From an uncultured Alphaproteobacteria bacterium (lineage in GTDB: Bacteria; Pseudomonadota; Alphaproteobacteria; GCA-2731375), in assembly GCA_964007795.1 (NCBI GenBank), contig CAXGCE010000001.1, positions 1-27,197 on the forward strand: 27,197 nucleotides of DNA, in the 5' to 3' direction. The notes beneath the pieces were generated by a model. The model had not been told where the DNA came from and did no database searches. It saw nothing but the letters and a program-made list of their open reading frames with translations. A program made the translations under genes and the position numbers. Below are positions 20,061 through 27,197 of the stretch, in pieces (the stretch's first letter is position 1; each line of letters opens with the position of its first letter).

Positions 20061-21689
20061 TTAACTCGAAACGGCTCCGGTATCCGTTACGGCCAGATCA
20101 AAGGCCGCTGCCATGAGGGCCTTGGTGTAATCCGTCTGGGGCGACGTGAAAATCTGCTCCGCCTTCCCTTGCTCCATAACTTTGCCGTTGCGCAAAACAA
20201 TAACTTCGTCGGCCAGGGCACGTACGACTTTTAGATCATGAGAAATGAATAAATAGGCCAGGCGGTGACGTTGCTGCAAATCGCGCAATAGATTTACGAT
20301 TTGCGCCTGTACTGAAACGTCCAGGGCCGAGGTGGGTTCGTCAAGTACGACAAATCTCGGTTGCAATACCATGGCCCGGGCGATGGCGACGCGCTGGCGC
20401 TGGCCGCCGGAGAATTCATGGGGAAAACGGTCCATGGCCGAAGGGTCAAGTCCCACCTCCTTCAGAATGCGGGCGATCAAGGCGCGTCGTTCCTGATTAT
20501 CTCCACCTTCGCCATGAATAAGAAGCCCTTCCTCGATTATTTGCGCGATGGACATGCGCGGGCTGAGTGAAGAGAAAGGATCCTGGAAGACGATCTGCAT
20601 TTGCCGTCGCAGGGGCCTCAACGCCTTGCTGCTAAAAGTATCGATTCCCGTCCCTTGGAATTGGACCGCTCCTTCGCTGGATATCAAACGTAATAGGGCC
20701 AGGCCCAATGTGGTTTTGCCGGAACCGCTTTCGCCCACTACGCCGACTGTGTGCCCTTCGCGCACCTCCAACGAAACCTCGTCTACGGCGCGAATGTGAT
20801 CCACCGTGCGCCGGAATATTCCGCTCTTGATAGGGAACCAGACACGCAAATTTTTTGCCGTCAGCACGGTCTTGGCCTCATCGGGGCGCCCAGCCGGTTT
20901 TCTATCAGGTTCGGATCTCAGCAAATGCATCGTGTAGGGGTGTTGCGGATGGTGAAATAGATCGTCCGTGACTGCTTGTTCCACGATCTCGCCACCGGTC
21001 ATGACAACCACCCTATCAGCCATACGGCGGACGATGCCCAGGTTATGGGTGATCAAAATCATGCCCATGCCCAGTTTGGTCTGGAGTTCCTTTAGCAGGT
21101 CCAGGATTTGTGCCTGAATGGTGACGTCCAGGGCTGTGGTGGGCTCGTCCGCAATCAGTATGTCCGGTTCGTTGGCGAGGGCCATAGCAATCATGACGCG
21201 TTGCCGTTGCCCGCCTGATAGTTGATGCGGGTAGGATTTCAGGCGCTTTTCCGGTTCTTGAATGCCCACCAGATGAAGCAGCTCCAGTACGCGGCTTCGC
21301 GCTTGACCAGCAGTCATTTTCTTGTGCAAGGACAGTACTTCGCCAATCTGGGTTTCCACCACGTGCAGAGGGTTCAGGGCAGTCATGGGTTCCTGAAAAA
21401 TCATGGAAATATTGTTGCCGCGTGCATGGCGCATGGTTGCCTCGTTGGCGCCAATTAACTCCATACCCCGATACTCAATCGACCCGGACGGATGACTGGC
21501 CGTCGGGTAGGGCAATAATTGTAGGACGGACAAAGCGGTGACGGATTTGCCGGAACCGCTTTCTCCAACAATGGCCAGAGTTTCACCCGGACTTAGATCG
21601 AAGGAAACATTCTTGACCGCATGCGCTTGGTTGCCTTCGATGTGGAAATCCACGGACAGATCTCGAACTTTCAGAATTGGCTCGCTCAT
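20061..21689 (-). CDS. yejF: Peptide ABC transporter ATP-binding protein with two fused ATPase domains, YejF type
   Basis: Two GESGSGK Walker A motifs, two LSGGQRQR / FSGGQRQR signatures, DEPTTALD and [12 protein letters not shown] overlap with yejE. Confidence 0.92.
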   Translation of the reverse strand: MSEPILKVRDLSVDFHIEGNQAHAVKNVSFDLSPGETLAIVGESGSGKSVTALSVLQLLPYPTASHPSGSIEYRGMELIGANEATMRHARGNNISMIFQEPMTALNPLHVVETQIGEVLSLHKKMTAGQARSRVLELLHLVGIQEPEKRLKSYPHQLSGGQRQRVMIAMALANEPDILIADEPTTALDVTIQAQILDLLKELQTKLGMGMILITHNLGIVRRMADRVVVMTGGEIVEQAVTDDLFHHPQHPYTMHLLRSEPDRKPAGRPDEAKTVLTAKNLRVWFPIKSGIFRRTVDHIRAVDEVSLEVREGHTVGVVGESGSGKTTLGLALLRLISSEGAVQFQGTGIDTFSSKALRPLRRQMQIVFQDPFSSLSPRMSIAQIIEEGLLIHGEGGDNQERRALIARILKEVGLDPSAMDRFPHEFSGGQRQRVAIARAMVLQPRFVVLDEPTSALDVSVQAQIVNLLRDLQQRHRLAYLFISHDLKVVRALADEVIVLRNGKVMEQGKAEQIFTSPQTDYTKALMAAAFDLAVTDTGAVSS

Positions 21690-22771
21690 GCGGTTTGTTC
21701 TGCTGCGACGGCTCCCGCCGCCGCACTCTTGCGTGGGTCAAAGGCGTCGCGAACTGCCTCGAAGATAAAGATTAGCAGCGTCAACATGGTCGACAGCATG
21801 ATAAAGGCGGTAATGCCTAACCAGGGCGCCTGTAAATTAGCCTTGCCCTGTTGCAGCATTTCGCCCAGGGAGGGCGAGCCGGGTGGCAGGCCAAAGCCCA
21901 GGAAGTCCAACGCCGTCAAGGTGGTGATGGAGCCGGATAGGATAAACGGCAGAAAGGTCAGTGATGCGACCGTGGCGTTGGGCAAGACGTGACGGTACAT
22001 GATCATGGCGTCCGACAGGCCGAGGGCACGGGCGGCACGGACATAGTCGAAATTCCGGGCACGCAGAAATTCTGCCCGCACCACGCCCACTAGGCTCATC
22101 CAGGAAAACACTAGCATTATGCCCAAAAGCCACCAGAAATTCGGTTCTACGAAGCTGGCCAGGATTATCAGCAAGTACAGGGTGGGTAGGCCTGACCAGA
22201 CCTCGATAAAGCGCTGAAACAACAGGTCGGTCCAGCCGCCGAAATAGCCCTGCACTGCCCCGGCCATGACCCCGATTATGGACGAAAATATGGTCAAGAT
22301 CAGGCCGAATAGCACGGATATACGAAAGCCATAAATTAGGCGTGCTACCACGTCCCGTCCCTGATCGTCCGTGCCTAGCCAATTGTTGGCCGATGGCGGC
22401 GCTGGCGCCGGGACTGGCAGGTCATAATTGATAGTTCTGTAACTGTATCGGATCAGCGGCCAAAGGGTCCAGCCATCGGCCTTGGCTATCAGCTCCATAA
22501 CAAAGGGGTCGCGATAATCCGCTTCGGTCTCGAACTCGCCACCGAAAGTTGTTTCGGGGTAGGCAACAAACACGGGTGTGTACATCTCGCCTTTGAAACC
22601 GATCAGCAATGGTTTGTCGTTGGCAATCAATTCCGCAAACAGGGCCAGGACCAACAGAAACAGGAAGATCCAAAGGGACCAATAGCCCCTTTTATTAGCC
22701 TGAAAATTCCGCAAACGGCGGCGGGTAAGGGGCGTAATGGGCCGGCCCAGAAATTTATCCCCCGCCACCAC
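21686..22771 (-). CDS. yejE: Peptide ABC transporter permease, YejE type
   Basis: ELIANDKPL, NWLGTDDQGRDVVARLIYGFRISVLFGL, VRAEFLRARNFDYVRAARALG, LDFLGFGLPPGSPSLGE. Confidence 0.93.
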   Translation of the reverse strand: MVAGDKFLGRPITPLTRRRLRNFQANKRGYWSLWIFLFLLVLALFAELIANDKPLLIGFKGEMYTPVFVAYPETTFGGEFETEADYRDPFVMELIAKADGWTLWPLIRYSYRTINYDLPVPAPAPPSANNWLGTDDQGRDVVARLIYGFRISVLFGLILTIFSSIIGVMAGAVQGYFGGWTDLLFQRFIEVWSGLPTLYLLIILASFVEPNFWWLLGIMLVFSWMSLVGVVRAEFLRARNFDYVRAARALGLSDAMIMYRHVLPNATVASLTFLPFILSGSITTLTALDFLGFGLPPGSPSLGEMLQQGKANLQAPWLGITAFIMLSTMLTLLIFIFEAVRDAFDPRKSAAAGAVAAEQTA

Positions 22772-23887
22772 CTATACCTCGCGGCTTTCAAAGTCGATGC
22801 GGGGATCGATGATCATGTACATCAAATCACCAATCAGGTTCAGAATTAGCCCCATAAGTGTGAAAACGTACAAGGTCCCAAGGACCACAGGATAATCCCG
22901 GTTCAGCGCTGCCTCGAATCCCAGCAAACCCAGGCCATCGAGCGAGAAAATCACCTCGATCAACAACGATCCGGTGAACAACACGCCGATAAAAGCTGAG
23001 GGAAAGCCTGCCACCACGATCAACATGGCGTTGCGGAAGACATGGCCGTACAGAACGCGACGTTCGCTCAAGCCCTTAGCCCGGGCAGTGACCACGTAGT
23101 GTTTGTTAATTTCGTCAAGAAAGGAATTCTTGGTCAGCATGGTCAAGGTGGCAAAACCGCCGATGGCCATGGCAGTAATGGGTAGCACCATATGCCAGAA
23201 ATAGTCGGCAATCTTGGCTGGCCAGCTCATATCGTCCCAGCCTTCCGAGGTGAGGCCGCGCAGGGGGAAGATATCCCAGAACGAACCTCCTGCGAACAGA
23301 ACAATCAGCAGGACGGCGAAAAGGAAGCCCGGTATGGCGTAGCCGACGATGATTGCGGTGGAGGACCAGATATCAAACCGGGTGCCGTCCCGAACCGCCT
23401 TGGCAATGCCCAAGGGGATGCAGATCAAATATGTAAGCAGGGTGGTCCAGATACCCAGTGAAATTGAGACGGGCATTTTTTCGATGACTAGGCTAATCAC
23501 TGCACGATCCCGAAAGAAGCTCTCGCCAAAATCAAATTGTAGGTAGTTCCAAATCAATAGGAAGAACCGTTCATGGGCAGGCTTGTCCAAACCGAATTGC
23601 TGTTCTAGATCCTTAATCAGCTCAGGATCCAGCCCCTGTGCACCGCGATATTTGGACGTTACGGCCGCGGCCGCGCCTTGAGTGGCGGCCTGCTGTTCTC
23701 GGCTAATTTCTGCCCCACCACTACCCGCGACGCGGCTAGTTGCTTCCACCGCCGTCCCAGTGAGTTGGGCGATCACCTGCTCCACCGGTCCGCCAGGTAG
23801 AAATTGCAAGACGATGAAATTCAACAACATGATGCCGAACAACGTTGGGATCATCAGCAGCAGGCGGCGGATGATATAGGCAATCAT
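22772..23887 (-). CDS. yejB: Peptide ABC transporter permease, YejB type
   Basis: [66 protein letters not shown]. Confidence 0.93.
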   Translation of the reverse strand: MIAYIIRRLLLMIPTLFGIMLLNFIVLQFLPGGPVEQVIAQLTGTAVEATSRVAGSGGAEISREQQAATQGAAAAVTSKYRGAQGLDPELIKDLEQQFGLDKPAHERFFLLIWNYLQFDFGESFFRDRAVISLVIEKMPVSISLGIWTTLLTYLICIPLGIAKAVRDGTRFDIWSSTAIIVGYAIPGFLFAVLLIVLFAGGSFWDIFPLRGLTSEGWDDMSWPAKIADYFWHMVLPITAMAIGGFATLTMLTKNSFLDEINKHYVVTARAKGLSERRVLYGHVFRNAMLIVVAGFPSAFIGVLFTGSLLIEVIFSLDGLGLLGFEAALNRDYPVVLGTLYVFTLMGLILNLIGDLMYMIIDPRIDFESREV

Positions 23888-23890
23888 GGA

Positions 23891-25750
23891 TTATTCCCGG
23901 CCTAGGTCGGCGGCTTTTGCCGGGTTCCACCACCAAGTATCCAGGACGCCGCGGGCATATTTGGGCTTGATGGCCGGGCGGCCAAATAGATCCCAATAGG
24001 CGATGGTGTGTGATGCCTTGAACCATTGTGGTACCAGATTGTGGGTCCACATAATAACCCGGTCCAGGGCATGCGTGGCATGGCGCAATTCATCACGGCT
24101 TTTTGCGGCAATGATTTTTTCGATCAGATCGTCTACCGCCGGGCTTTTCAGGCCGGTGTAATTGCGTCCACCCTGCATGTCGGCTGTCTTGGAGCCCCAT
24201 GCGTTGCGTAGGGCCAGGCCCGGCGTCAGAGAGGATGAATTGCGGAAGGTAGTGATATCGAAATCAAAATTTTGGACGCGGCGTTGATATTGCGCTGGTT
24301 CCACGAGGCGGAAACGGGCTGTGATGCCCAATTTCTCAAGATTGCGCACATAAGGCATCACAATTCGCTCGAATAGCTTGCTGTACGATAGAAATTCAAT
24401 CTCGAACGGTTGGCCCTTTCTGTTTACCAGCTTGCCGTTCTTGATAGTCCAGCCCGCGGCTGTCAGTAAATTCCTGGCCATGCGTAGCTCTCGTCGGATA
24501 TTGCCAGAGCCGTTAGTTTTCGGGGCCCGGAACACGGGGCCATATACTTCCGCTGGCAAGTCCTTACGCCAAGGCTGTAGCAAGGCTAATTCCGGGCCTT
24601 GCGGCGTGCCGGTGGCTTCCATGTCGGAATTCTGAAAGATGCTGTAAGTGCGTTTGTACAAACCATAAAACAGGTTCTTGTTGGTCCATTCAAAATCAAA
24701 TACTAGGCCGATCGCCCGGCGTACCCGCCGGTCGGCAAATTTGGCTTTGCGAGTATTGATGAAAAAGGCCTGGAATCCGGAAGGATTATCATCGGGCATA
24801 ACTTCCTTGATCAACCGACCGTCTTTCACCGCCGGCACATTGTCGTATTTGGTTGCCCAGTTGCGGGAAGTAAAATCTTCCCGGAAATCCAGCTTGCCGG
24901 CAAACAAAGCCTGTAATCCGATATCCCGATCGCGGTAATAATCCCAGGTGATGCGGCGAAAATTGTAGCGTCCGCGATAGACCGCCAGACCCTTACCCCA
25001 ATGATTATCAGCAAGAACATAGGTGATGGAACGGCCCGGATCCACCTTGTCCACTCTGTAGGGGCCACTACCCAGGGGTGGGGTCATGGTGGTTTTCGTG
25101 AAATCGTGCTGCAGGTACCATGCCTTGGAGATAATAGGCATGCTAGCGGCCGTGGCTGGCAGGTCACGGGTCAGGACACCCTTGGCGAAATTGAAACGGA
25201 TTTTGCGATGGGTCAGCACCTTGGTCCCGGTGATATCCTTGAACAGAACGCGAAAAGCCGGATGACCCTGTTCCTTTAGTGTCTTGAATGAAAAGGCAAT
25301 ATCCTCTGCCGTTATCTCGCTGCCATCATGCCAGCGCGCCCGCGGCCGAATAGTAAAGGTGATCGACTGCCGGTTATCGGGAATTACAACACCACTGGCG
25401 ATAAGACCATAAAAGGAATCCTCTTCATCGCCGGATGCGGTCATCAGTGTCTCGAATGTCAGTAACCGGCCGTCCACCCCAAACGGGTTGCTGCCCGCGG
25501 CCCACCGCCCTTTGAGAATAAAAGGATTTAAACTATCGAAATTTCCATTGTACCAAAGACGCAAGTGCCCGCCTTTCGGAGCGTTGGGGTTGACATAGTC
25601 GAAATGCGAGAATTCAGGGCCATAATTCAGTTTGCCAAGGATGGAGAAGCCATGTTGTGGTTTGGAGGCGGCTTGTCCAAACCAGCCTAGAAAAAATAAC
25701 AAAAATAACGCGAGACGAATCATGGGCGGATGATAGCAGATCGATATCAC
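23891..25750 (-). CDS. yejA: Family-5 extracellular solute-binding protein, YejA type (copy adjacent to the permeases)
   Basis: HGFSILGKLNYGPEFSHFDYVNPNAPKGG, FDSLNPFILKG, ARWHDG, PPLGSGPY, FDFEWTNKNLFYG. Start is either GTG 25750 (GTGA overlap with the upstream stop) or ATG 25723, which precedes a signal peptide. Confidence 0.9.
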   Translation of the reverse strand: MISICYHPPMIRLALFLLFFLGWFGQAASKPQHGFSILGKLNYGPEFSHFDYVNPNAPKGGHLRLWYNGNFDSLNPFILKGRWAAGSNPFGVDGRLLTFETLMTASGDEEDSFYGLIASGVVIPDNRQSITFTIRPRARWHDGSEITAEDIAFSFKTLKEQGHPAFRVLFKDITGTKVLTHRKIRFNFAKGVLTRDLPATAASMPIISKAWYLQHDFTKTTMTPPLGSGPYRVDKVDPGRSITYVLADNHWGKGLAVYRGRYNFRRITWDYYRDRDIGLQALFAGKLDFREDFTSRNWATKYDNVPAVKDGRLIKEVMPDDNPSGFQAFFINTRKAKFADRRVRRAIGLVFDFEWTNKNLFYGLYKRTYSIFQNSDMEATGTPQGPELALLQPWRKDLPAEVYGPVFRAPKTNGSGNIRRELRMARNLLTAAGWTIKNGKLVNRKGQPFEIEFLSYSKLFERIVMPYVRNLEKLGITARFRLVEPAQYQRRVQNFDFDITTFRNSSSLTPGLALRNAWGSKTADMQGGRNYTGLKSPAVDDLIEKIIAAKSRDELRHATHALDRVIMWTHNLVPQWFKASHTIAYWDLFGRPAIKPKYARGVLDTWWWNPAKAADLGRE

Positions 25751-27197
25751 TTCCGCCCCTTCAGGGCCGCTTGAAGGGTCTCGTCCTTTGCTTCGTCGAC
25801 CCACCAAGTATCGGAGAATCCAAGCCCGTATTTAGGTTTGATAGCCGGACGTGAAAACCGGTTCCAATAGGCGATCCGGTAACTGTTGATGTGCCAATTG
25901 GGGATGACGAAATGGTTCCATAACAGCACGCGATCCAAGGCGCGAGAGGCAGCAACCAATTCCCCGCGGTTGCTGGCAAAAATAATATGGTCGATTAGTT
26001 TGTCAATTGCTGGGTCCTTAATGCCGATGTAGTTTCGGCTGCCGGGTCGGTCAGCGGCTGCGGATCCCCAAAAATCCCGCTGTTCATTTCCTGGTGAAAG
26101 GGATTGTCCCCAACTGCCCACGATGACATCGAAATCGAAATTCCGAATTCGGTTAATGTATTGCGAGGTGTCCACAACACGAACTTCGACCTTGATGCCC
26201 AGCCGTTCCATGGCCCGTTGGATGGGCGCAACAATTCGCGCGAAACCCTGGTTAACTAGTAGGAATTCCAGCGCCATGACTTCGCTGGTCTCGCTGTTGG
26301 TCAATTTACTGTCTTTCACAAACCAGCCCGCCGTTTCCAATAACCGCTTAGCTTGGCGCAGTTGGCGCCGCGATCTACCTGATCCATCTGTTTCGGGCAG
26401 CTTAAATTCCTTTGTGAACACTTCGGCAGGAATTTGGCCTCTCAATGGCTCCAGAAACTTCAATTCCGCCCCGGTGGGTATTTTGGTCGCTGCCAGTTCG
26501 GAATTCGAAAAATAACTTCGGGTTCGTGTGTATTGGCCAAAAAACAGGTTTTTGTTTGCCCATTCAAAATCAAATGTCAGGGCAAGGGCTTCACGAACTC
26601 GACGATTCTGAAACTTTGACTTGCGAACGTTGAAGGCGAAGGATTGCATGCCGGTGGGATTATTGTTCGCTAGGGTTTCCCTGATGACTTTACCTTTCGC
26701 AATGGCTGGAAAATTGTATTGGGTGGCCCAGATCTTGGCAGTATTTTCTTGGCGAAAATCGAAGGCGTTGGCCTTGAAGGCCTCAAGAGCCACGGTGGGG
26801 TCCCGATAATATTCAAAACGGATTGCGTCAAAGTTGTATCGGCCCTTGTTGACGCCAAGATTCCTGCCCCAGTAATCTGCTACCCGTTCGAAGGTGATGC
26901 TACGACCGGGATCGACCTTGCCAATTTTGTAGGGACCGCTGCCTAGGGGCGGCTCCAACGTAGTACGCTCAAAATCACGGCCTTGCCAGTGGTGTTTGGG
27001 TAATATCGGCAGCTGTCCGATAATCAGGGGCAGCTCGCGATTCTTCCGGCCCTTGAAAATAAATTTGACTTTGTGGGGGGATAAAACTTCGGCCTTTTCC
27101 ACGTTGGCGTAGTAAAATCGGTAAAACGGCGCGCCCTTGGATTTCAGGATATCTAGGCTGAAGGCGACATCGTCCGCCGTAACAGGCTTGCCGTCGT
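25747..27197 (-). CDS. yejA: Second YejA-type solute-binding protein, 5'-truncated by the window edge
   Basis: The frame stays open past the track's 27102 start to the window end (DGKPVTADDVAFSLDILKSKGAPFYRFYYANV). Contains EPPLGSGPY, FDFEWANKNLFFGQY, QSLSPGNEQRDFWGS and ALDRVLLW. Confidence 0.9.
   Translation of the reverse strand, partial: DGKPVTADDVAFSLDILKSKGAPFYRFYYANVEKAEVLSPHKVKFIFKGRKNRELPLIIGQLPILPKHHWQGRDFERTTLEPPLGSGPYKIGKVDPGRSITFERVADYWGRNLGVNKGRYNFDAIRFEYYRDPTVALEAFKANAFDFRQENTAKIWATQYNFPAIAKGKVIRETLANNNPTGMQSFAFNVRKSKFQNRRVREALALTFDFEWANKNLFFGQYTRTRSYFSNSELAATKIPTGAELKFLEPLRGQIPAEVFTKEFKLPETDGSGRSRRQLRQAKRLLETAGWFVKDSKLTNSETSEVMALEFLLVNQGFARIVAPIQRAMERLGIKVEVRVVDTSQYINRIRNFDFDVIVGSWGQSLSPGNEQRDFWGSAAADRPGSRNYIGIKDPAIDKLIDHIIFASNRGELVAASRALDRVLLWNHFVIPNWHINSYRIAYWNRFSRPAIKPKYGLGFSDTWWVDEAKDETLQAALKGRK

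Overview
This is a gene-dense bacterial chromosomal window; the gene set and order suggest an alphaproteobacterium, Rhodospirillales-like (inference). The left part (1-10.8 kb) is ordinary: 3' part of clpB, acetoacetyl-CoA synthetase divergent from an HSD17B10-type SDR, phhB, thpR, the tesA / ybbA-ybbP cluster and a BI-1/YccA protein with a clear terminator. The right part (20-27.2 kb) is a yejA-yejA-yejB-yejE-yejF peptide ABC transporter. The middle (10.8-19.8 kb) is a redox/catabolic cluster: an MlrC-family peptidase, two convergent luciferase-like oxidoreductases and a minus-strand gene run. The main result is that two ORFs given separately in the track (19494..19817 and 18075..19475) are in frame and separated only by one TGA. 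That TGA reads G-C-[TGA]-G-S-C-T and is followed directly by a SECIS-like hairpin, so this is very probably one ~576-aa selenoprotein (UGSC type, Sec104). Its Sec region resembles the active-site segment of the glycine/proline reductase selenoproteins GrdB/PrdB. It is followed by a Sec-less paralog, a divergent thioredoxin reductase, a double-EthD protein and an LLM enzyme, which together form a candidate uncharacterised selenium-dependent reductase system. No CRISPR array, rRNA, convincing tRNA or mobile element was seen.
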